The position numbers and the translations under genes were made by a program. Shown here piece after piece: positions 37,217 through 45,530 of a DNA stretch of 64,000 bases. Each line of letters begins with the position of its first letter. Within the stretch, counting starts at the first letter, position 1. Below the pieces are notes generated by a model, which searched no databases, was not told the DNA's origin, and saw nothing but the letters and a program-made list of their open reading frames with translations. This DNA is from Pyrinomonadaceae bacterium (GTDB taxonomy: Bacteria > Acidobacteriota > Blastocatellia > Pyrinomonadales > Pyrinomonadaceae), in contig DASVGG010000130.1 of assembly GCA_036379655.1 (NCBI GenBank), positions 6,272 through 70,271 of the forward strand, read 5' to 3'.

Positions 37217-38719
37217 ATGAACGAGCAGTTGATCGAAGAGGTGTTGGAGGAGCTGCGGCCCGCGCTCTCGGGGCGGCCGTGGGGCAAGGTCTTTCAGCTC
37301 TCGGCCAACACGCTCGCGGTGGACTTCCGTACGGGCGACGGGCGTTACCTTTTGCTCTCGGCCGACCCTTCGCGCCCGCGCCTGCACTTGATAGCGCGGA
37401 CGGTGCGTGAGCTTGAGCGCGCCTCGCTCGCGCCCACGCAGTTCGCGCTCTTCCTGCGCAAGGCGCTCGGCGGCGCGACGCTGCGCGCGTTGACGAAGGA
37501 CGCGGGCGAGCGCGTCGTGCGCTTTGAGTTCTCCGTGCCCGACGCTTTGGGCGAGGAGCACGGGGCGACGCTCGTCGCGCAGCTCACGGGTCGCTCGTCG
37601 AACCTCTTCCTGCTCGACGAGCGCGGGCGTGTACGCATCGCGCTGCGCCCCGCGCGCGGCGAGGGACAGACCGAGGGCGAGGTCTACGGCCCGCCCGAGC
37701 CGCCGGCCGGCGCGGCGCCGCGCGCGGGCGAGACTGCGCGTAAGCGCGTCGGCCCGGACATCCCGCGCGAGGGCTTCGCGTCACTGTCGGAGGCGCTCGA
37801 CCGTTATCACCTTCGACAGGAATCTGAGCGCGCCTTCGACGCGCGCGCGGGTGCGGCCACGGCGCGCGTGCGGCAGCAGATAGCCAACCAGCGGAAGCTG
37901 CGCGACAACCTGGGCCGCGACCTCACGGGCCACGGCGACGCGGAGGAGCACAAGCGCGCGGGCGACCTTTTGCTCGCCAACATCGGGACGGCCGTGCGCG
38001 CGGGCGGCAGGGTGCGCGTGACGGACTTCTACGCGGAGGACGCGCCGACGGTCGAGCTTGAGATTGATGAGAACCGGACGTTGCAGGAGGAGGCCGCGCG
38101 CCGCTTCGCGCGCTACACGAAGGCCAAGCGCGCGGCGCGCGAGATCGCGGAGCGGTTGGAGAAAATAGAGCCGGAGTTGGCCGCGCTCGAAGCGAGGCGC
38201 GAGGAGCTTGAGCGGATAGTCGCCGCGCGCGACGAGGCGGCGCTCGCGGCGTTCGTCGGCGGGAAGACGGATGAAGGAACTAGGGACGGACGTTCCCTTC
38301 CCCTCGCGCGCGAGAAGGGTTCGAGGAAGAGTTCAGCGGAGAAGGGTCGCACGCTCAGGCGCTACCGCTCGTCGGACGGTTACGAGATCGTCGTCGGTCG
38401 TGGAGCGCGTGAGAACGACGAGTTGACCTTTCGCGTCGCGCGCTCTTACGACACGTGGATGCACGCGGCCGACTATCCCGGCTCGCACGTCGTCGTCCGC
38501 GCGCGGGGCAAGGACGACGCGGTCCCGCACCGCACGCTCGTCGAGGCCGCGCGCCTCGCCGCGCAGTTCAGCCAGGCGCGCAAGGACGCGAAGGTCGCCG
38601 TCAATTACACGCAGCGCAAGTTCGTCTCGAAGCCTCGCGGCGCCGCGCCCGGCCTCGTCTACCTCTCATCCTTCCGCACGCTCTTCGTCGAGCCCGGCGA
38701 AGAGATAGAACGCATCTGA
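37217..38719 (+). CDS. NFACT-family protein (FbpA/RqcH-like; NFACT-N + coiled coil + DUF814)
   Basis: The N-terminal half has GKVFQLS...L...F........LLLSADPS.PRLHL. The C-terminal half has SSDGYEIVVGRGARENDELTFRVARSYDTWMHAADYPGSHVVVR, which is the DUF814 signature. Confidence 0.8.
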   Translation: MNEQLIEEVLEELRPALSGRPWGKVFQLSANTLAVDFRTGDGRYLLLSADPSRPRLHLIARTVRELERASLAPTQFALFLRKALGGATLRALTKDAGERVVRFEFSVPDALGEEHGATLVAQLTGRSSNLFLLDERGRVRIALRPARGEGQTEGEVYGPPEPPAGAAPRAGETARKRVGPDIPREGFASLSEALDRYHLRQESERAFDARAGAATARVRQQIANQRKLRDNLGRDLTGHGDAEEHKRAGDLLLANIGTAVRAGGRVRVTDFYAEDAPTVELEIDENRTLQEEAARRFARYTKAKRAAREIAERLEKIEPELAALEARREELERIVAARDEAALAAFVGGKTDEGTRDGRSLPLAREKGSRKSSAEKGRTLRRYRSSDGYEIVVGRGARENDELTFRVARSYDTWMHAADYPGSHVVVRARGKDDAVPHRTLVEAARLAAQFSQARKDAKVAVNYTQRKFVSKPRGAAPGLVYLSSFRTLFVEPGEEIERI

Positions 38720-38779
38720 CCTATTCTTCGCAAATGACGAACACTTTCGCGACGCCCTCCCTTTAGTCTAAAAATCAAT

Positions 38780-39967
38780 ATGAGCACCAATCTCATCGAC
38801 ACGGTTGGGGAGACGGCGGCGAGCGTGCTGGACGGGCTGGCGGAGGCCGTGCTGGGGCCGGCATCGACGCTGCGCGACGGGACGGAGCACGCGGGCGTCG
38901 AGTTGCCGCGCGACCTCTATGCGCACGCCGTCGCGCAGACAGAGTGGTGGTACTACACGGGCCACCTTCTGACCGACGCGGGGCGCAGGCTCGGCTTCGA
39001 GCTGGTCTTCTTCAAGCGGCGGACGGACCTCGACCGCTTCGGCGTGGTGCCGCTCCGTCTCATCGGCAACCCGCTCTACCTCGCGCACTTCGCCTTGACG
39101 GACGAGACGCGGCGGAGCTTCCGCTACGAGCACCGCAAGAGCGCCAACGGCCTCTTCGACCCGGCGGCGCGCGCCGACTCGCGCCGCTTCTATCTGCGCT
39201 TAGGCGACTGGACGGTGCGCGAGGCGCACGGCCTGCACCTTTTGCGCGCGACGCTCGACGGCGGCGACACCGTCTTCGAGGCCGCGCTCCGGCCCTCGAA
39301 GCCCGCCGCGCTCAACGGGCGCGAGGGCGCGGGCGTCAGTTTCAAAGACCACGGCGAGGCTTCGCGCTACTTCTCCTACACGCGCATGGAGGCGGAGGGC
39401 GACATCACGACGGGCGGCGTCACCGAACGCTTTCGCGGCGAGGCGTGGATGGACCGCGAGTTCGGGACGTGGGCGACGACGCAGGGGCAGAAGGGTTGGG
39501 ACTGGTTCAGCATCCAGTTCGAAGACCGCACAGAGCTGATGGTCTACCACATACGCGACGCGCAGGGCCGCCCCTCTGACTTCTCAAGCGGCACGTTCGT
39601 CGATGCCGACGGCCGTGGCACGCACCTCTCGCGCGCGGACTTCGAGCTTGAGCCGACCGACCACTGGAAGAGCCCGCACACGGGCGCAACCTACCCGAGC
39701 GGCTGGCGCCTGCGCGTGCCGCGCTTCGGGGTTGACGTGAACGTGACGCCGGTCATCAAGGACCAGGAGTTGGACACGCGCGGCACGACGATGATCGTCT
39801 ACTGGGAGGGCGCGTGCGCGGTTGAAGGTCGTCGGGACGAGGACGAGGTGAAGGGACGCGCCTACGTCGAGCTGGTCGGCTACGACCGCTCGCACGAGTC
39901 GCCCTCGCTCGTCACCTTCCTCTTCGGCTCCGCGCTCGACCGTGGCTGGCGCAGCATCTTCGGCTGA
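38780..39967 (+). CDS. carotenoid 1,2-hydratase (CrtC)/AttH-like lipocalin-fold protein
   Basis: EWWYYTGHL....G...GFELVFF...YLAHFALTD...G.AWMDREFG....QGQKGWDWFSIQ...YWEG...V.G. The true substrate is unknown. Confidence 0.65.
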   Translation: MSTNLIDTVGETAASVLDGLAEAVLGPASTLRDGTEHAGVELPRDLYAHAVAQTEWWYYTGHLLTDAGRRLGFELVFFKRRTDLDRFGVVPLRLIGNPLYLAHFALTDETRRSFRYEHRKSANGLFDPAARADSRRFYLRLGDWTVREAHGLHLLRATLDGGDTVFEAALRPSKPAALNGREGAGVSFKDHGEASRYFSYTRMEAEGDITTGGVTERFRGEAWMDREFGTWATTQGQKGWDWFSIQFEDRTELMVYHIRDAQGRPSDFSSGTFVDADGRGTHLSRADFELEPTDHWKSPHTGATYPSGWRLRVPRFGVDVNVTPVIKDQELDTRGTTMIVYWEGACAVEGRRDEDEVKGRAYVELVGYDRSHESPSLVTFLFGSALDRGWRSIFG

Positions 39968-40018
39968 GCCGCGCGGGGGCACTTGCTCCCGGGGACTTCC
40001 TATGTTCTTCTTATCAGC

Positions 40019-40351
40019 ATGTGGTTTTTAACTGTCAGGGCCGTACCGAAGCCCGAGTCACCGCTCGCGCTCGAAAGAGGCATTGCCTACGTGAGCTGCT
40101 GGGTTGATTTTCAGCTTCAGGACGGGGCTGAGTTGCTCGCGAGGCATTACATCGATCAGGCGGGGTGGTTCCCGGAAGAGGTCGAAGACGCGGTGTGGGT
40201 CGAGGGCGACGACTACGCCGAGGACAGGAAGAACGCGCTCTACTACTCCGAGGCCGAGAGTGAAGGGGCGAGCTTCGTCTTCCACGAGACCCGCGCGACC
40301 GGCCAGGGAGGAAAACAACCAACGAGCGGGACGCCGCTTGCCAACTTATGA
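40019..40351 (+). CDS. hypothetical acidic protein (110 aa)
   Basis: Coding-like third-position bias, and its stop overlaps the hemL ATG (ATGA at 40348-40351). I recognise no family, and the start is uncertain (ATG 40019 or TTG 39983). Confidence 0.45.
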   Translation: MWFLTVRAVPKPESPLALERGIAYVSCWVDFQLQDGAELLARHYIDQAGWFPEEVEDAVWVEGDDYAEDRKNALYYSEAESEGASFVFHETRATGQGGKQPTSGTPLANL

Positions 40352-41649
40352 GCGTCAGCGATAGTAACAGGCCGGGAAATTCCGAGAGGCTGTTCGCGCG
40401 CGCGGTCGAGTTGATGCCGGGCGGGGTCAACTCGCCGGTGCGCGCGTTCCGGGGCGTGGGCGGGACGCCGCGCTTCATCGCCTCCGCTTCCGGCGCGACG
40501 ATGACCGACGTGGACGGGCGGACGTACATCGACTACGTCGGCTCCTGGGGGCCGATGATTCTTGGCCACGCCGCGCCCGAAGTCATCGACGCGCTGCACG
40601 AGGCTCTGGGGCGCGGGACGAGCTACGGCGCGCCGACCGAGCTTGAGTGCGAGATGGCCGAAGAGATCATCGACGCCGTCCCTTCGGTCGAGATGGTGCG
40701 CATGGTCAACTCGGGGACGGAGGCGACGATGTCCGCGCTGCGCCTCGCGCGCGGCGCGACCGGCAGAAATAAGATCGTCAAGTTCGAGGGCTGCTACCAC
40801 GGCCACGGCGACAGCCTGTTGGTGAAGGCCGGCTCCGGCGTCGCGACGCTCGGCCTGCCCGACAGCCCCGGCGTCACCGCCTCGGTCGCGGCCAACACGC
40901 TCACCGTCGCTTACAACGACCCCGCGTCACTCGAAGCGGTCTTCAACGAACACGGCGAGGACATCGCCGCCGTCATCGTCGAGCCCGTCGTCGGCAACAT
41001 GGGCTGCGTGCCGCCGCGCGACGGTTACTTACAATCTCTGCGCGACATCACACGGAGGCACGGCGCGCTGCTCATCTTAGATGAAGTGATGACCGGCTTC
41101 CGCCTCGCGCGCGGAGGCGCGCAGGAGCTTTACAACGTTTCACCCGACCTCACCACGCTCGGCAAGATCATCGGCGGCGGCCTGCCCGTCGGGGCCTACG
41201 GCGGCCGTCGCGATTTGATGGAGCAGGTCGCGCCCGCCGGGCCGGTCTATCAGGCGGGCACGCTCTCCGGCAACCCTCTGGCGATGACGGCGGGCCTCGC
41301 CGTGTTGAGGCGTCTGCGCGACCGTTCCGTCTACGAGCGACTTGAAGAGGCGGGCCGACGCCTGACCGAGGCCGTATCCGAGGCCGCGCGCGAGGCGGGC
41401 GTCGAGACGGTGACGAACCGCGTCGGCTCGATGTTCACGACCTTCTTCAACGACGCGGAAGTCTACGACTGGGCGACGGCGGCGCGCTCCGACCGCGACC
41501 GCTACGGCCGCTTCTTCCACGCGATGCTCGCGGAGGGCGTCTACCTCGCGCCCTCGCAGTTCGAGGCCGCCTTCATCGGCACCGCGCACACCGACGACCT
41601 CCTCGACCGCACGGCCTCGGCCGCGCGCAAAGCCTTCCGCACGCTCTAA
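40348..41649 (+). CDS. hemL: glutamate-1-semialdehyde 2,1-aminomutase
   Basis: [10 protein letters not shown]....G.P.F......G....[18 protein letters not shown]...LDEVMTGFR...[15 protein letters not shown]. Confidence 0.95.
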   Translation: MSVSDSNRPGNSERLFARAVELMPGGVNSPVRAFRGVGGTPRFIASASGATMTDVDGRTYIDYVGSWGPMILGHAAPEVIDALHEALGRGTSYGAPTELECEMAEEIIDAVPSVEMVRMVNSGTEATMSALRLARGATGRNKIVKFEGCYHGHGDSLLVKAGSGVATLGLPDSPGVTASVAANTLTVAYNDPASLEAVFNEHGEDIAAVIVEPVVGNMGCVPPRDGYLQSLRDITRRHGALLILDEVMTGFRLARGGAQELYNVSPDLTTLGKIIGGGLPVGAYGGRRDLMEQVAPAGPVYQAGTLSGNPLAMTAGLAVLRRLRDRSVYERLEEAGRRLTEAVSEAAREAGVETVTNRVGSMFTTFFNDAEVYDWATAARSDRDRYGRFFHAMLAEGVYLAPSQFEAAFIGTAHTDDLLDRTASAARKAFRTL

Positions 41650-41728
41650 CACACCGAGGCCGCCGCTCCTCTCACGTCGCGCGGCGGCCCGCAACTTCAC
41701 CCGCTCGCACACGGGAGTTCAACCAAAG

Positions 41729-43195
41729 ATGAGCGAGACCTTCGACTACGACGTTTTCATCAGCCACAGCTCTAAAGACAAAGCCGCCGTCCGCGACCTC
41801 GTCACCCGCCTCAAGGCCGACGGCCTCCGCGTCACCAGCGGCCTCAGGGTCAAGAATCGGCTCGAACGCTCGCGCACGCTCATACCCGTCATGTCCGCGA
41901 ACGTCTCCGACTCCGAATGGGCGATCTTCGAGAGCCAAGCCCTCTTCTTCAACGACCCCACCAATCAACAACGCCGCCTCATCCCCCTCCGCCTCGACGA
42001 CACCGAACCTCAACTCACCCTCAAACAATTCGCCTACGTAGACTGGCGCCACAAATCCCCCGACCAATACGCCGCCCTCCTCTCCTCCTGCCGCCCACCA
42101 GCAGCAACGATGGAATCCTCCGCAGAACATAAGGACGAACTACAGCCTAGCAGAATCCTCAATGGGCACTCAGGAGCAGTCTTCAACGTGGCAGTAACCC
42201 CGGACGGACGGCTGGCCGTCTCCGGCTCCTCTGACACGACAGTGCGGGTGTGGGACGTGGAGGCGGGCAGGTGCATCGCCAAGCTCGAAGGGCACAGTAA
42301 TAAGGTGCTCGGAGTGGCGATGACGGCGGATGGCCGACTGGCCGTCTCGGGCTCCTACGACGGTACGGTGCGGGTGTGGGAGCTACCATCGATGGAAGGG
42401 AAATCCGTTGAAGGGGCAGAGGTAACGCGCTACACCAATGCCAAGGTTCTGCTTGTGGGGGACAGTGGCGTGGGGAAGTCGGGGTTGGCGGTGCGGTTGA
42501 CGGAGGATAAGTTTGAGGCGACGGTTTCGACGGATGCGGTGTGGGCGACGCAGTTGAAGTTGCCGGGTGAGGTGAGCACGGAGGAGATTGAGCGGGAGAT
42601 TTGGTTGTGGGATTTTGCGGGGCAGGCGGATTATCGGTTGATTCATCAGTTGTTCATGGACGAGACGGCGTTGGCGGTGTTGGTGTTCAATCCGCGGAGC
42701 GAGAACCCGTTCGAGGGGTTGGGGCAGTGGGATAGGGATTTGCAGAGGGCGGCGCGGCGGAGGTTCAGGAAGTTGTTGGTGGCGGGGCGTTGTGACCGTG
42801 GGGGGTTGATGGTGAGTGGGGGGAGCGTGGAGCAGTTCATCAGGGAGCGCGGGTTCGACGAGTATTTGGAGACGAGCGCGTATGCGGGGACGGGGTGTGC
42901 GGAGTTGCGCGAGGCAATCGTTACTAACATTCCGTGGGATGAGATTCCGTGGACTTCGTCGCCGCGCATCTTCAAGCTTTTGAAGGAAGAGATTATCAGG
43001 CTGAAGGACGAGGGAAAAGTGCTGCTGCGGATGGGGGAGTTGAAGCAGCAGTTGGAGATGCGTCTGCCGGGCGAGGCGTTCACGTTGGAGCATTGGACTG
43101 TTAGCGGGGCCGGGCGTGGTGTGGCAGTTGGAGTTCGGCGACTTCGTGCTGCTCATTCCGGAGCGCGTCAACGCGTACGCGGCGGCCGTGATTAG
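41729..43195 (+). CDS. TIR / 2x WD40 / Roc-type small GTPase / start of COR: the N-terminal fragment of a frameshifted ROCO-like gene
   Basis: TIR motifs: DVFISHSSKDK, SDSEWAIFESQ, LIPLRLDD, FAYVDWR. WD40: GHSGAV...SGSSDTTVRVWD and GHSNKV...SGSYDGTVRVWE. GTPase: G1 GDSGVGKSG, G3 WDFAGQ, G4 GRCD, G5 ETSA. After about residue 455 the as-read frame becomes Gly/Arg junk up to the stop at 43195. Confidence 0.75.
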   Translation: MSETFDYDVFISHSSKDKAAVRDLVTRLKADGLRVTSGLRVKNRLERSRTLIPVMSANVSDSEWAIFESQALFFNDPTNQQRRLIPLRLDDTEPQLTLKQFAYVDWRHKSPDQYAALLSSCRPPAATMESSAEHKDELQPSRILNGHSGAVFNVAVTPDGRLAVSGSSDTTVRVWDVEAGRCIAKLEGHSNKVLGVAMTADGRLAVSGSYDGTVRVWELPSMEGKSVEGAEVTRYTNAKVLLVGDSGVGKSGLAVRLTEDKFEATVSTDAVWATQLKLPGEVSTEEIEREIWLWDFAGQADYRLIHQLFMDETALAVLVFNPRSENPFEGLGQWDRDLQRAARRRFRKLLVAGRCDRGGLMVSGGSVEQFIRERGFDEYLETSAYAGTGCAELREAIVTNIPWDEIPWTSSPRIFKLLKEEIIRLKDEGKVLLRMGELKQQLEMRLPGEAFTLEHWTVSGAGRGVAVGVRRLRAAHSGARQRVRGGRD

Positions 43196-44381
43196 GAAGG
43201 TGCGCGCGCACACGGAGGAGATCGGCGTCATCGTTGAGGAGGACGTGCTCGCGGGCAAGCTCGACTATCAGGACATGAGGCGTCTGCCGGAGGATGAAGA
43301 ACAGATCGTCCTGCGCGCGATGCACCAGACGTTCGTGGACCACGGCCTCTGCCTGCGCGAGCCGACCGAGGCCGGGACGCTGCTCGTCTTCCCTTCCTAC
43401 TTCAAACGCGAGCGGCCGGAACTCGAAGGTCACCCGGCGGTCTTCGTCACATACCTTTTCAACGGTCAGCTCGACGAGGTCTACTCGACGCTGGTCGTGC
43501 GGCTGCATCACACGTCCGCCTTCGAGAAGGACCAGCTCTGGCGCTTCGCCGCCGACTTCAAGACGCAGGCGGGCCTGCGCGTCGGGCTCAAGATGACGAA
43601 GCAGCAGGAGGGGTCGGCCGAGATCGCCGTCTACTTCGAGCCGGGCGTGACGGACGAGACGAAGGTCATGTTTATCAAGTACGTCCACGAGCATCTCAAG
43701 CTGAAGGCGCAGGACGTGGTGCGGCTCAGGCATTACGTCTGCCCGCACTGCGGGACGCCCGTGGAGAACCGCAAGACGGCTTTGGACAGACTCGAACGCG
43801 GGCTCAAGGACATCGTTTGCGTGAACTGCGAGAAGCGAATCCCGCTGTGGGACTTGATAGAGCAGAAGTTCGCCTCCGAAGAGTTCCAGCGGCGCGTGCG
43901 CGAGATGGAGGAGCAGGCGCGCGCGAGCATCGACAACGAGAGCCGCGAGTTGATCCTGGTCGGCCACGCCTTCGCCATCGCGGGCGAGGCCGGGCAGATT
44001 TTTCGGCCGACGGCCAACTCCGATTGGGGCATCGACGGCGAGATTGAGTTCAAGAACAACCGTGGCGAGGCGAGCGGCCGGCGCGTCTACCTACAGCTCA
44101 AGTCGGGCGACTCTTACCTACAGAAGCGGAAGGCCGACGGCAAGGAGGTCTTCCAGATCAAGCACGCGCGCCACGCGGACTACTGGCGGGAGCAAGCCTA
44201 CCCTGTGATGCTGGTCGTCCGCACCTCGGACGGCATGATTCGTTGGATGAACGTGACCGACTATCTCAAACAGCATGGGGCGAAGACGCGGCAGGTCGTC
44301 TTCGACGGCGAGCCCTTCACGGCGCTGAGCGTGGCGAGGCTGCGGGACAGGATGTTCCCGGAACTGATGGGTCTGGCGTAA
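43116..44381 (+). CDS. COR-like domain / 4-Cys zinc ribbon / DUF4365-type PD-(D/E)xK nuclease: the C-terminal fragment of the same gene
   Basis: COR-like: VWQLEFGDFVLLIPERVNAYAAAVIRK, LVFPSYFKRERPE, FVTYLFNGQLDEVYSTLVVRLHH. Ribbon: CPHCG...CVNCE. Nuclease: ESRELILVGHAF...SDWGIDGEIEF...RVYLQLKSG. This frame is open upstream to 43044 and has no SD, so the listed GTG 43116 start is probably artificial. Confidence 0.75.
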   Translation: MVWQLEFGDFVLLIPERVNAYAAAVIRKVRAHTEEIGVIVEEDVLAGKLDYQDMRRLPEDEEQIVLRAMHQTFVDHGLCLREPTEAGTLLVFPSYFKRERPELEGHPAVFVTYLFNGQLDEVYSTLVVRLHHTSAFEKDQLWRFAADFKTQAGLRVGLKMTKQQEGSAEIAVYFEPGVTDETKVMFIKYVHEHLKLKAQDVVRLRHYVCPHCGTPVENRKTALDRLERGLKDIVCVNCEKRIPLWDLIEQKFASEEFQRRVREMEEQARASIDNESRELILVGHAFAIAGEAGQIFRPTANSDWGIDGEIEFKNNRGEASGRRVYLQLKSGDSYLQKRKADGKEVFQIKHARHADYWREQAYPVMLVVRTSDGMIRWMNVTDYLKQHGAKTRQVVFDGEPFTALSVARLRDRMFPELMGLA

Positions 44382-44384
44382 CTC

Positions 44385-45308
44385 GTGGTCAACGTCCCGC
44401 AAGCGTTCGCGCGTACGATTGTTGCGCTCCACGGCGAGGCCGGGCGGCTGTGGCTGGAAGGGCTGCCGTCGCTCGTTGAAGAGTGCGCCGGGCGTTGGGC
44501 TCTGAAGGTCGGGCCGCACTTCCCTTCACTCTCATACAACTACGCCGCGCCGGCCGAAGGCCAAGGTGGCGAGCGGTTCGTCCTGAAGCTGGGCGTGCCC
44601 GCGCAAGGTCTGCGCAACGAAATCGAGGCGTTGCTCGCATTCGATGGTCGCGGCGCCGCGCGGCTCGTCGATTCGGACGCCGCGCTCGGCGCACTGTTGT
44701 TGGAGAGGCTTGAGCCCGGGACGCAGCTCGTCGCCCTCTGCGAGGATGACGACGGCGCGGCGACCGACGCCGCCGCGTCCGTCATGCGGAGCTTACGACG
44801 CACCACGTTGCGCGAGCCGCACTCGTTCCCCACGGCCGCCGACTGGGGACGCGGCTTCGAGAAGTGTCGCGCGCTCTTCGGCGGCGGCACCGGGCCTTTC
44901 CCTCGGAGACTGTTCGAAGAGGCCGAGTCTCTTTACGCCGAACTCCTCGACACTTCGGCCCCGCGCACGCTCCTCCACGGCGACCTGCATCACGGCAACA
45001 TCCTCGCCGCCGGACGCGAGCCCTGGCTCGCCATCGACCCGCAGGGCGTCGTCGCCGAACCGGCCTACGAGGTCGGCGCGCTCCTGCGCAATCCGCTCCC
45101 GCAACTCCTGCGCTGGCCCGACCCCGTGCGCGTGACCGAGAGACGCATCGCACAACTCTCCGACGAACTCGGCTTCGAACGCGCGCGCGTTCGCGGCTGG
45201 GGACTCGCGCAGGCCGTGCTCTCCGAGTGGTGGACGATTGAAGACGGGGGCGAGTTGGGCGAGACGAGTCTCGCGGCAGCGAAGATCATAGCTGCGACTA
45301 AACTCTGA
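44385..45308 (+). CDS. aminoglycoside/streptomycin 6-phosphotransferase-family kinase (APH(6)-like)
   Basis: LLHGDLHHGNIL (Brenner motif), AIDPQGVVAEPAYEVG, and the RRIAQLSDELG tail, which resembles StrB/APH(6)-Id as I recall it. GTG start 3 nt after the upstream stop. Confidence 0.75.
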   Translation: MVNVPQAFARTIVALHGEAGRLWLEGLPSLVEECAGRWALKVGPHFPSLSYNYAAPAEGQGGERFVLKLGVPAQGLRNEIEALLAFDGRGAARLVDSDAALGALLLERLEPGTQLVALCEDDDGAATDAAASVMRSLRRTTLREPHSFPTAADWGRGFEKCRALFGGGTGPFPRRLFEEAESLYAELLDTSAPRTLLHGDLHHGNILAAGREPWLAIDPQGVVAEPAYEVGALLRNPLPQLLRWPDPVRVTERRIAQLSDELGFERARVRGWGLAQAVLSEWWTIEDGGELGETSLAAAKIIAATKL

Positions 45309-45312
45309 AATA

Positions 45313-45527
45313 ATACCGACTAGCGAATCAACATAAGGCCGCGCACCGCCGGGAGCGCGGGCATCCCTGCCCGCCATGAGCGCGTCAGCGCGAATAGAGT
45401 GAGACTTTACACCTCAACGTTGAGGGATAGAGTTTCTCTGTTAAGCGTGCTGGCGCACGTTTTGGCGGGCAGGGATGCCCGCGCTCCCGGCGCGGAGTTC
45501 GCCTTATTTCAGCTCGCAAGTCGGTAT
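45313..45527. repeat. 215-bp MITE-like element / long imperfect palindrome
   Basis: Outer inverted repeat: ATACCGACTAGCGA (45313-45326) with TCGCAAGTCGGTAT (45514-45527), 13/14. Perfect 29-bp inverted repeat: CGCCGGGAGCGCGGGCATCCCTGCCCGCC (45347-45375) with 45464-45492. Central palindrome CCTCAACGTTGAGG. No ORF is credible. Confidence 0.85.
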
Positions 45528-45530
45528 AAC

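Noticed and set aside
43116-43118. GTG 43116 as a genuine independent start of a separate COR-nuclease protein.
   Set aside because: No SD is present. The frame is open for another 72 nt upstream. A start there would cut a COR domain in two, and the upstream ORF ends in 30+ residues of Gly/Arg junk.
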